Assembly (NCBI RefSeq): GCF_009834535.1
Contig: NC_045697.1
Span: forward strand, 84,012,001-84,076,000
Length of the DNA stretch: 64,000 nt
From: Camelus ferus
Lineage: Eukaryota
Reading direction: 5' to 3'
Shown here: piece after piece, positions 25,900 through 37,149 of the stretch
Layout of the letters: each line of letters opens with the position of its first letter
Numbering within the stretch: position 1 is the stretch's first letter
Notes under the pieces: model-generated
The model's input: the letters and a program-made list of their open reading frames with translations, nothing else
What the model was told of the DNA's origin: nothing
Databases searched by the model: none
Position numbers and translations under genes: made by a program

Positions 25900-27600
25900 G
25901 TTTTCCTCCCTTCATTTCAGTTTTTCCTTCATTTCAGTTTTTCCCCTTCAATCTCTTACGGGATCTTGTTCCATCAAATATCTTCCTGACTCTACCCTTT
26001 TCTCTTCAACCTTTTCCTACTACACTTGCAGAAAGTCTCTTCTCTGCCTTGTTCCCTTTCCCAGGTCCTATCCTCTCTCCCTCCATTCATAGATTTCTTG
26101 AAAGAAAGGTCTCCACGGGGCCTCCACACCTTTGCCTCCCTTCACTCTCTCGCTTGCATTATCCTGCCCCAACCACTCTTCTGGAGCTACCTTGTGAAGC
26201 TCATCAGGAATTTACGCATCACCAGGTGGTTCAGCGACTTCACGTTTCCCCGGCGTCATCACACGCTTATGCCCACAGGTGTGACACAGACCAGACATCC
26301 CCCCGCCCCTCTCCTTTTGAAATTCTTTCTTCCCCTGGATTCAGTGACACTTCTCACTCTCTACCCATTTCTCCTCAGTCTCTGTTGGCTCCACTTCTTC
26401 TACCGCTCTCTTAAATGTGGGAATTTTTCAGAACTCCGCCCCTGTAACTCATTTAACTCATTTAACCCTCTACCGAGCTCATCCAGTCCCACAAGTTTTA
26501 CCTCTTTGCCCTTGACTTCCGAGTATATATTTCTCTTCCACGCTAGGTAGCTGACCTTCCAAATGAAATATTTATCACTTCTCAAACAAAAATTCCCCAA
26601 AGGGAGCTCATCTTTCCTACACAGCCTCCCCATTTCCCTGCCACAAAGTTACTTCCCTCCTTACTATTCCTCAACTCTCAAGACAAAATTTCAGCCACCT
26701 TCGACTCTTACTGTGCTATCTGTAAACTGACTGGACGTTGGGAGTAGAGGATGACGCAGTGCCTCTGCAGAATCTCCCTTATGCTCACAGTGACTATGCT
26801 CTACTTCAAGCCTTCATTTCATCACCTGGAGTTTTGAAATCATCACTGCCAGACTGATGTCTCTGCCATTAATCTTTCTCTTCCCCATTCATGCCCAGCC
26901 AATATTTGGCCATTAGCTATTTTCCCAGCCTGCCCCATACAAAAGTAACAGTAGTTGCTTCCAAAACAAATGGCTGGGAGACAACAGTGGGAGGAACGGA
27001 AAGTTTACATTTATGTACCATCTTGTTTCTTTAACATTCTGTGTCCCATGAATATATTAGCTATTAAGAATATATGTTTAAGTTAAACATCATTACCTAT
27101 TAAATTAAAAAAAACCAAAGGAATCATCTTTTTCACTTATCCTTCTATTCAAAATCCTACATATTTTGCTTCAGGACAAAGTCAAACTTCATCCTATTGT
27201 TCAAAGCTCTCTGAGGTGTGGTCACAGCCCACCCTTCCAGTGTTCTCTTCTGCTCTGCTATCTGTCTCCACTATTGCACACTCCACAGGCCCGGCACTCT
27301 GGATTCTGAGGTGTCCATGGCTTTGTTTAAACCATTCCCTGTGCCTGAGGTGCTTTTCTTCCTACCAGATGTGGTCCTATCTTCCTTCCTTCCAGCTTCA
27401 CCTCAGAAGGCACTATTTCCAAAGTGCTTTCTCAGATTCCAGCATTTAGAATGACTCCTTCTCTTCTGCAGGTTTCCTGACCTCAGCACTTGATGATTCT
27501 ATCAAAGTCAGCCTGGTTTTGAAGCTGTCTGTGCGTGTGACTGTTCTTATGCTGTTCAACACTTTTCACATGATGGGTTCTCAGAAAGTGTTTTCTGAAT
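25900..27600 (+). mobile_element. Fragmented L2 LINE
   Basis: L2 phrases (cttttgaaattctttcttcccctggattcagtgacac, cttcaagccttcatttcatcacctgg, ttccctgtgcctgaggtgctttt, ttctcagaaagtgttttctgaatg). Several pieces with approximate limits; explains the 187-aa and 174-aa pyrimidine-rich ORFs. Confidence 0.65.
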
Positions 27601-27734
27601 GTCACTGGTCCTTAAGACACCAAGGAGCCCAAAATTAGAATTCTTTGGCTGTGAGGTCCAATGGCATCTTCGTGTCATCCCTGGTGCTTGTCATTGCCAT
27701 TAAGAACTATAAAGCTTGATGGGGCCCCGGTAGT

Positions 27735-27921
27735 CAGTGCTTGTCCAGTTATGGTCCTAGACAACCTGCTACTGGAATACATGGAGTGCTTGCTAACATG
27801 CAGATTCCTGGGCTCCAATTGAGACCTGCTAGTTCAGAATCTCTGGGGGTAGGATTTGGCAATCTGTAATTAAAGCAAGCATCCCACGTGATCCTCACGA
27901 CATTTAAGTTTGAGAGCCTCT
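27735..27921. mobile_element. MER5A-type hAT-Charlie MITE
   Basis: atgcagattcctgggctcc...tcagaatctctgggggtagg...aatctg...aagtttgagagcctct. Confidence 0.85.
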
Positions 27922-30900
27922 AATAGGATAGAGCAGGGTTTCGGGGGTGGTTTTAGAGAAGAGAATCCCTGAGGTTTTTTCCCCTGAGATTTTCAAACCT
28001 GGTCCTGCTTGTCTGTTCAACATTCCTCTGCTTCTGCCAGTCTGTCAATCCTACTGCCCAGCCTGCTCCATGTGCCTCGTGCTCCTGGAACGGGACTCGC
28101 CCTCTGTCTCTCCTTTCAGGAGACTGACAGCAGAGCTGTCAAGCTCTGATTCCCTGCAGAAGTTGGCACTGGCACCTTTTAATTGGAGAGTGGGGGCTCA
28201 GATTTCAACAATAATCTTGTCTTTTTTCAGTCTTCTCTTCTTTCCTGTAACTGCTGTGAGCAAGTGATTATCTCTGTGTTGTAGACATGAGGATCCTGAG
28301 GCAGGAAATGTTGAGACTTGCCTAAGCCTCTGACATATTAATAGAGTTAATGTCAAAAGCCCAGTCATCCAACTTGGCATCCTCAGTGACCATTTTGTCA
28401 ATCAGTAAGTCAATCAATTAATCAACAAGTATTTACTGAATGTGGATTAGGTGTCCAGAAGAGTCTTGTTTAACATCTGCTGGCTGGGCTGGGCCCTGTG
28501 CAGAACTTGGGTCAGTGACCTTACATTATCCCTGATCTAGGGTCTAATTCTGTACCATGCTGTCCACTGTTGGCTGCCTTCATGGTTATGCCAGGTTGCT
28601 GAGCTCTATTTCTCATGAACACCACCATTTACTACATAATTCTGCAGCCCATAATGAAGTTAAGAGGAACAGAGGTTAGGCCAACTCCTCCAATGTGACA
28701 CAACTGTTCAGCAATCTTAGGTTGATGTTGTTCCTCTGATAATGCTAGATTTTCCTTGGACTTCCATTGAGTTAAAATTAGAAATTCTGCAAACAAGTAT
28801 GCGATACCATGAAAGAAACATTTTTCACTCTCGTCTACCAATCCATATCAGACTCAAAAAATGGCATACATTGTCACAATTAGATATCCTTTTATATGTT
28901 AAGGTTATTATTTGAACCGATCCATTGCCCCCAACCCCATGCCCCTTTCCCAAACCAACGGGCAGGCAGAATGTGTTTGTACTACAGGCCACATTCACTG
29001 ACACTTGTATTTTCATTTGTTTTCTAACAGTCACAGTGGAGACCATAACCGTGAATGTACAAAATAGTTTGCTCTTTTCTACCAGCTTACTTTTTTAGGA
29101 ACCAAAGATAGTGAAGTAAGTTCAATGTGCTTAAAAATGTCAACTCAAGTGGGAATTTCTGTGCCAAAAGTGTCCTATAAGTTATCACACATTCTGCAAG
29201 GTCACCTGGGGTGCTGAAAGTCAGAATTCAACCGTCAGAGGTTACCTGTAGGGAATCTGTATCTTAATAAAATTACCAAAGTTAAGATCTGAAAAAATGT
29301 TGCCCTTTTACTTTTCTTAGATTTTGGCAGGGAGCATAGTCCTTTACTGAGAGGGACTGTGGCCAGTAACTTTACCTCCACATTGTTCCACACTCTATTT
29401 CAGGCTGACTGTTGTACATGCTCTTCCTTTTTCCATCTCATCTACCATTAAATAAATGACTGCCCTGGCTGGATCAGAGGAACCAGGAAACAGAATGTTC
29501 TCAGCATGCAGTTGACATTGCCCCCTAACGCTTCCAACAACTTCCCCTATCAATATCTCTGAAAGGGCCAGGAAATTCCAGTGGATTGCTGATGCCCATT
29601 CATGTATATTGCAAATGTGTTCTATGTCTCACTCAATAAAAGCACTACCGTTCTACTGAGTTATGCCAAGACAGAGTTTTCTTTAGCTATCTCATTGTTC
29701 TAGGTGAAATTACAAATAAATAAAATCTCTAATGAGTTAATTATAGATCTCCAAATGGACAAAGGTAAAAGTTAATTCACTGGATCAGGTTCACAGAACA
29801 AGTTAATAAAGGTAAAACAGATGAAGAACTAAGGTCGGATAAGTTTCTTCTAGGGTTATAATAAAATCTATTTTCTTTTGGAACATAGATTGACCCACCC
29901 AAATAACACCAAGGGAAAAATCAAATAATACGCTTTTCATTCTTTACAATTTCACTTTGACTCAAAGATAATGTTGCAATTATTTCTAATTTTACTTTCT
30001 TCGGTTATTAAAGTACCTAGTATGTACCAGAATGACTGCTTCTAGACTCTTTTCTTCACTTAATACTGATACATCTAAGAGTAGACAAAGAATAAGATAG
30101 CTGTTTACATGTCCTAGCAGTGCTTTAACTGTGTTCCATTTTTATTTTTTAAATAGCCATTGCATAGTCACTTATCCCATCTCTAGGTGTTTTACATACT
30201 TTTTCTATATTCACAAAAACATGTAAGAGATATATTATCATCATGACTCTACAGAAAAGAAAAATGACTCATAAAAGTTACATAACATATGAAGTAATTA
30301 TCTCAGTGCCTGACATGTAACAATTTCTCAATACAGATTAGCTAAAATTATCATTATTTTCCCCAAGTTCATACAAGCTACTAAATGGGGGAATTTGAGT
30401 TCAAACGCAAGTAAAACAGAATGCTTTTGCTCCTGTACACACATGGCCTCAGTTTTCACACACAGACTCAATTTTGTGAGCAAAAGGCTATTTCATCCTG
30501 TTTATCTGAACAGCTAGAAAAAGTGTTGTATAAACTATATTTATCTGTCAATTTCTCTAATATTAATTTATGTGTGTGTGCGCCTGAGGGTCTCACTGTT
30601 TTATTCTGTTCTGGTTTTGTTTTTAGCTTTTCATATGGTACACTATCATGCTTTTAAGAGCACCTTTAGACCAAGAAGGATGCTTATTTTCCTTGGGGAT
30701 GGGAGGAAGGTGTTAATGGAGAGGCGTATAAATGTGAGATGAAACAGTCCTGTTCCAGGGAAGAGCAGGGAATTTCCCCCAAGGCAGGGGCTCCTAGCAC
30801 AACCTTACACAGCAGGTTGGGTGATACCTCTTTCTAAAAATAGGACTTGCTCAGACTCTACAAGGTGGGACGTTTGGATTCTACTTTATTTCTTACTGAC

Positions 30901-31092
30901 GTTTTGAAAAGTACATCCAGCATGACTCTTAGAAAAGCTCCAAGGATCATTTCTCTATCTGTGAATTATTCTGAAGAAGATCTGTAAGGATCTGGACTTC
31001 GTTTGTAAATTAATAAATGACCATAGCTTTCATTTTGGGAGTAGAAAGAAATTCAGTTTACATTATCATGAAGAGTTCCAGATCCAGACCTC

Positions 31093-31583
31093 CCAGCCCT
31101 TTTCCCTGTGAGCACATATATTAGAGCTAAGGAGCTGCCCATGTGGCTCTGCCCAAGCACCCTGCAGGCTTCTCTGCAAAGGTCAGTGGCTGAGGAGCTT
31201 CACCAGGCAATGTGCACCTCCCTCTCTTATTCTCCTTTCCCTTCTCTTTTTTTTTCTTCCTCCTAGGTCTAGTTACTTCAGTCTTACAGGTCTCCAACTG
31301 AAGGCTTAACTCTGATTAGAACTTCTCCAACTGAGTAAATGTTATTAAAAGATCACTAAACTGGCGTGAATGATGAGCAGCAGGCCTTGCAGTTCCCTTC
31401 CTTGATTAAGAAAATGAATAAGGTATTCACACACACAAAAGAAGTCATTGAATTAGGCCGTGACCAGGCTTTGGAAATGCATGTGAATTCCTGGAACCAG
31501 CGATCTTTCCTGCATCATTTTATATTTACACACAAGTTAGCTGATTTGGAATGGCATCTTAGCCTGGTCTGGGCTAAGTCTCA
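31093..31583 (+). repeat. Arm 1 of a long diverged inverted duplication
   Basis: Its reverse complement aligns end to end with 33311-33803. By hand I counted 15 differences in 94 aligned nt at the inner end, and 51/53 identity in the core. Confidence 0.95.
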
Positions 31584-32569
31584 ATATATAATATGATTCC
31601 ATTTTTATGACAAATTATTTTATATATAATATATTTACTTCAAATGTATTCTATAACACAGCAGTTTCTCTGGGAAAAGAAGATAGAAAAAGTTCTTAAA
31701 AAGTTGTAAGAATGTTAGGCTGCATCATGAGATACTGTTTCCTCCTGGTTTTTACTAGCCAAGTTACCTAACCTGAATTTTTTCCCCCTTATTTAAAAAA
31801 TCAGGACAATAGCTACCTCTTAAGCTTGTTGAAGCTTGGTGCTTTTGCCAGAAGATTGAAGACACTTGAAATCATCAGGCCTTGGGTCACGATTATGCCT
31901 GTGAGACCCTGTGCCCAAACTGGGGAGGAGATTGTCAGCTTCTGGGGGAGTGAACAGCATGTGCAGAGATTTCTGGAGTGCAACTGGAAATAGCTAAGGC
32001 TTTGGCAAGCTTAAGACAGAGAGTCAGGGCCTCCAACTGTGACTCAAATTGGCCTATGACTCTAAACTTGTTTGTACCATTCTCTCATTGTTTCATGTAT
32101 ATTCATCTCTCCCTAGCAAGCCTGAAAACATCTGAAGACAGCTCATGCTATTTCTGATTTCCCAAAAGAATCTGCCAGAGTCATGGGCTTGCCTTGTTGA
32201 CTGACTGACAGTCCCTGGTAGCAGTGACTTCAGCTGCAAATAAAGAAAAATTGTTTATGACCCAAGTAATAAAGGAGTGTGTCATGTAGTCATGCCTCTG
32301 TGGTGTTACACTGATCATTAAGATAGAAATGCCCTATGAGACAGAAGTCAGTCAGATACACTCGGTATTCGGGAATCTTGTGGCAGAGACAGAAGAAACA
32401 TGTGGTTGGATTACGAGTCAGGGACTTGGTGGAGGAGGCTCAACTTGTGCTCAGGCAGGGACCTGGGCAGAAGCTCTCCCAAGAGTGCACGGTCACTACC
32501 AGCAGTCTCTGAGAGCAAGCCTTGAAGCCTGGAGGCAGCAAAGTCCTCTCTCCATCAGTAGACACACCC

Positions 32570-32730
32570 ACATTCATTCATTCAGATATTCTTTAATTCT
32601 GATGTTAAATATGATATGGTAGGCACCATGCTCAGTGCAATGAATATAAAGATGTGTGTGCATGGGCTCTGCTTCCAGTGGTGAGACAAATCTGTAAACA
32701 GATAAATTATGATGTCAAGCTTAATACCCT
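32570..32730 (-). mobile_element. L2 3'-end fragment
   Basis: cattcattcattcagatatt...taggcaccatgctcagtgcaatgaatataaagatg. Confidence 0.65.
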
Positions 32731-32734
32731 ATGG

Positions 32735-32968
32735 CAGCATGACCTAATGAAAAGGGCTTTTGCAAAAGAGGGGAATGGACCTATCTTTGAATACAGGCTT
32801 TGCCACCTATTATTGGTTGCGTGACTTGGATTTTTTCAGCTTGCTTCTTCATCTGTGAATCTGGAAAATTATACCTGTTCCTTGGGATTGTTGAAAGTAT
32901 GACATGAGAAACATATAAATAACAGCTGCCACAGTGCATATGATAGACCCTCAGAAAATATTTGATTC
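32735..32968 (+). mobile_element. MIR SINE
   Basis: tttgaatacaggctttgccacc...gtgacttgg...tcttcatctgtgaatctgg...gggattgttg. Confidence 0.75.
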
Positions 32969-33072
32969 CTTGCTGTATAATAGTAGACTGTACAATGTTG
33001 TGGGTGCCTGAGGGGAGATTCCACCTAGGAATTAACATTTTTGCTGGATCCTGAAGAATTAATAAGTCCCTT

Positions 33073-34230
33073 GTTCAATCACTTATTCAGCACATGTTTG
33101 CAGAGCATGATTATTGCCAAATATTGTACCAGATGCTAGGGACACAATGGAGAACAAAACAGACGTGATCCTGGACCTCCTAAAGTTTATCTGCCAGAGG
33201 GAGAGACAGGTCAACACCAGACAAATGGACACACTGAATATGAGCAGGCGGCTGAGGTGGGGAATTGTGTATTCAGAGTCTTCTGGCACGAGCACCAGGC
33301 TAACACAGCCTGGGGCTCAGCCAGGACCAGGCCAAGATGCCTTTCCAAATCAGCTACCTTGTATGTAAACATAAATTTGTGCAGGTAAGATCACTGGTTC
33401 CAGGGCCTCAAATTCCATTTCCAGAGCCTGGTTATGGTCTAATTCATCGACTCTTTTTTGTGTGACCACCTTATTCATTTTTTTTAATCAAGGAAGGGAA
33501 CCACAAGACCTGCTGCTCATCATCCACACCGGTTGAGTGATTTTTTTGGGGTGGGTTTAATCAAAGTTGAGCCTTCTGCTAAGGTTTAGAGACCCTTGAG
33601 GCTAAACTGATTAGACTTTGGGAGGGAGAATGAAAAAGAGAAGAGAGAGGAGCAAGAATGGAGAGAAAGAGAGATACACATTGCCCTATTGACGCTCCTC
33701 TGCCACTGACCTTTGCAGAGAAGCGTGCAGGGTGCTTGGGCAGAGCCACGTGGGAGGCTCCTGTAGCTCTAACGTCTGTGCTATGTACAGGGAAATGGGC
33801 TGGCCAGATATGGTCCTTATATCAGCCAACAACCAAAGGATGAGAAGGAACAAGCCATACAAAGAAGGGAAGAACATTCTAGGTGGAAACAGCATGTACA
33901 ATTGTCCTGAAGCAGGGAAGGGCTTGGCTGAGAAAGGAAAAAATCGAATAAAAAAGGGAGAAGATGGCATTTAATGAAGTTCAGTGAAGAATTCAGGGGA
34001 GTTCATTCCAGAATGAACAGCATATGCAAAGGCGTAGAGTCATGCAAGAGTCTGGCAGGTTCTAAGAATTGGGAGAACTTCATAGTGACCACACTCCAGC
34101 TAGGCTGGAGGAGGGAGTGGGGTGAGGGAGAAGGGTGGCAGGAGATGGTGCCAGGGGCTGGGGGTCAGACTGTGGTGGTTGTGGAGGGTCTTGCTTGTGT
34201 GATAAGTGAAGACGTTTAGATTGGACTTGC
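33073..34230 (-). mobile_element. L2 fragment(s) interrupted by arm 2 of the inverted duplication
   Basis: Antisense L2 end (ttattcagcacatgttt...gatgctagggacacaatggagaacaaaacagacgtgatcc) runs to ~33310. It resumes at ~33838 with ggatgagaagg...gaagaacattctaggtggaaacagcatgtaca. Confidence 0.7.
33311..33803 (-). repeat. Arm 2 of a long diverged inverted duplication
   Basis: Example: gccactgacctttgcagagaagcgtgcagggtgcttgggcagagccacgtggg (33702-33754) is the reverse complement of 31138-31190 with 2 mismatches. Confidence 0.95.
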
Positions 34231-35224
34231 GATTAGCAATTAGGTTTGGAACTCCTGGCCTGGCTCAGCAGCCCCTGCCCAACCTTCCAAGCCTGTCTCT
34301 ACACCCGCCCACTTACAGCCCTTTCTTAACTGCCCTTCAGTTCTTGGATGCTGACTCCTCTGCATGGTTTCAGCTTCTCTCCACTCAGACGCAAGGCATC
34401 TTCTGTTATCTAGAGGCTCTACTCTGGCTCTGACCATAGAGAAAACATCCTTCACTCTGGACCCCAGGAAGGTGGTCAGGAAAAGCTAGGCTCATCTTCT
34501 AAAGAAAACTACTCAAACCAAGCAGAATAGATCTGAGAATTAATGGGAAGCCAATGTCAGTCCTTGAATAGTAAAGCAACATGAGAAAAATATTTATTAA
34601 TCCATTTGACCCTGATTTGCAGAATCAATTAAAGAAGAAGAGATGGAGGGCAGGAAGCCAAATGTGTGGTGTAGGGGTTCAGGGGGTGGGTGGGGGAGGG
34701 TGTAGGTCTGGGTGTATGTGTTCTTTTTAAAAGGAAGAAGTCCTTTTACAAGGTGGAAATGAAACAGTACACACAGAAGAGTGTGTAGGGTTGGCCATTG
34801 TAGAGAAACATAATTTTATTGAATTGAAATTTATTTGGAAAGCTTTTACTTTTGACAAATTTACCTCATTTTATGAGGCCCCTTGATTTAGCCTGGTTTA
34901 AAATTCAGAGGAAAAACATAGTCCAGTGGATCAAATCATCAAGTACAGCTTGTTAACATGTCTGCATGAATTTCTGACGTCTTCAAACAACTCACCACTC
35001 AGCTCTTGGCTCCTTCCACTTGCTGCATACTTGTGTGTAAGCTGGCAACTTCCCTCCCTCCTCCACTTACTCTACAAGAACAATTCTTTAAGCATACAAA
35101 TCTCTTGGCCTGCTGACTCCCATGACATAGGTTTTCTCCTACACAATCCACATCTTCACAGGATGTCTGTTGAGAACCTACTTAACTGCTTCTAGGGTCT
35201 TTTTCTCCCCATATTTTTCTTCTT

Positions 35225-35226
<2 letters not shown>

Positions 35227-35294
<68 letters not shown>

Positions 35295-35365
35295 TATATA
35301 TAATATATTAATATATATTATATTTATATATATATTATATTTTATATATATGTAATATATAAAAT
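35227..35365. repeat. Long (AT)n microsatellite with degenerate AT-rich tail
   Basis: About 30 uninterrupted AT units at 35227-35289, then degenerate TA repeats. Source of the poly-IY ORFs. Confidence 0.97.
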
Positions 35366-35660
35366 ATGTTTTTTGCATTTGAAATACTATTCTGAATTTT
35401 CTAAATTATAAAGGATTCTCAAATGAATGTTTGCTTGTATTCAGTGGGCAGAAAATATATCCTAATTAGCAAGTTTAATCCCTGAACTAACAGTGATGGA
35501 AGCATGGAGTGATTTCATGCTTCACCTAGTCTTACCCAGCAAGTTGAGAGAGACATGGGCTAAAGCCTGACTGGCTGATCTCCAGTCCCATGCACTGTCC
35601 CTGAGCTAATTAATGTTCACTTTTATTCCTGTTGAACATTTAGTTCTTCTAGGAGGCCTC

Positions 35661-35687
35661 TGAGTCAGTCACTGCCACCATATTAGG
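35661..35687. promoter_or_regulatory. Candidate AP-1 plus SRF (CArG) enhancer module
   Basis: TGAGTCA at 35661-35667 and CCATATTAGG at 35678-35687. Confidence 0.45.
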
Positions 35688-36944
35688 CAACCTTCTGACA
35701 AATTGTTTCATACCTACGAAGAAACTAAGTGTGGCCTCCTCAGACCATTGGGCCCTGCTGGTGATGTTTGAACTGCCCAGGGGATGAAGCAGATAGCCAA
35801 AAATATACCAATTTTAGCAGAAAACACTTGCATCAGTGACAGCTGGAGCACCACAAATTCTATAAACGCACTTGTTACTCATCTGCTGTGCCCGTTGGGT
35901 AAGCCAGGTATGTGGCCCACTTGAATGTCTTGTGGAGGAGAGGTTTCCTAGGCAGGCCTCTGGATGGAACCTGAGATGAGAAGAATCACATGAGCTTGGC
36001 ATTCAGAGCATGAAATTGTGTTATTGGATTAGCCCTAATTTGGAAGAGGAGGTCTATCACCTAAATGGAATTTAGAGTGTTGAGAAGTGGAATGGCAACT
36101 GGATTGGGTGGATCGGTATAAGCACTTGTTGATTCAACACATGAACTGGGGGGACCATGAGATTTTGAGTGTTAACTGGTTGCTAAAGTTTTCTTTAAAA
36201 CTCTTCAAGAGGTTCTGCACCCAAAAGCTTATCAGCCAGAAAAAAAGCAGAGTTTTGTAAAAGGCAAAGCTAACAGTGCTAACTTAGATCACATGACTAT
36301 AAGCTTAGCAGGAACTGGCGTGTAATTAACATGAACGTGTTGGAAATCTAAAGTCAAAAATGCCAAGGATTGTAGAACAAGATGTCCTTTGTTTATGGTT
36401 TTTGGTTATTTATTTAATTTTGCCTTTTGTTTTCTTATCTAAATGCCTGCCCATACAAGAGTGAGATTATCCAGATGGGAGATGTGATAAACCTAGACAC
36501 TGTGATTAAATTGTCTCATATTTTAACCAAATAACCGTAGATCCCTGTCAGATAAATAATTTTTATTGATTAGTTTTTATCGCTAACTAATGAAAGTACA
36601 CACAAATAAATGTGTTCTTGTGATGTATTCAGTCTGTTCTTTTAGATACCTTGTGGGTAAGAGCAAGGTTTTTACTTCCAATGCAATTCTCCATAGGGTC
36701 TAATTGCTATGAACACTCAGCAGTGCTATCTCATGACCTAAATGCCCATAATTGTTTTACCTATTGATGCAGGATGATCCCAGCCTATAGCTCTCATCTG
36801 TGATGCTCTTTAAATTTATGCCTTTGTAATGAATCAAAGTCACTTCCTCAAAAGACAGAACTCAGGTCAGATGTTAGGTATTTGAAGGGAAATATATATC
36901 CCAACTTGGAGCTCTAATATTGAGCTCCAAGCACAATGTATGCA

Positions 36945-37140
36945 ATAATAACAGCAGCTACTATTTACTATTTGTTGTGTAACCATTGCTGTGATGAACA
37001 TTTTTTATATATTATGCCAGTCATGCCTCTCAACAACCCATTTTACAGAAGAGAAAACCAATGATTAATATGTTTGCTCAAAGTCACACAATTAGTGACG
37101 GAGGATTTATTTGAATCCAGACTTGTCTGATTCCATAGGC
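36945..37140 (-). mobile_element. MIR SINE
   Basis: ctcaacaacccattttacagaagagaaaacc...ttgctcaaagtcacac...atttgaatccagacttgtctgattcc (approximate). Confidence 0.75.
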
Positions 37141-37149
37141 CCTGCTTTT

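Noticed and set aside
25851..26550. Overlapping 187-aa and 174-aa ORFs
   Set aside because: They lie in pyrimidine-rich decayed L2 sequence, which lacks stop codons by composition (Pro/Ser/Leu/Phe-rich).
31093..33803. Inverted arms as terminal inverted repeats of one DNA transposon, or as an assembly artefact
   Set aside because: The spacer is ordinary MIR/L2-containing intron with no transposase remnant, I see no TSD, and the arms are too diverged to be a mis-assembly. A Dfam search is still needed to exclude a dispersed repeat.
35170..35378. Poly-IY ORFs on both strands
   Set aside because: Translation of the (AT)n microsatellite.
36905..36931. Perfect 10-bp hairpin cttggagctc-N7-gagctccaag
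   Set aside because: A stem this short is expected about once by chance in 64 kb, and it is too short for a pre-miRNA.
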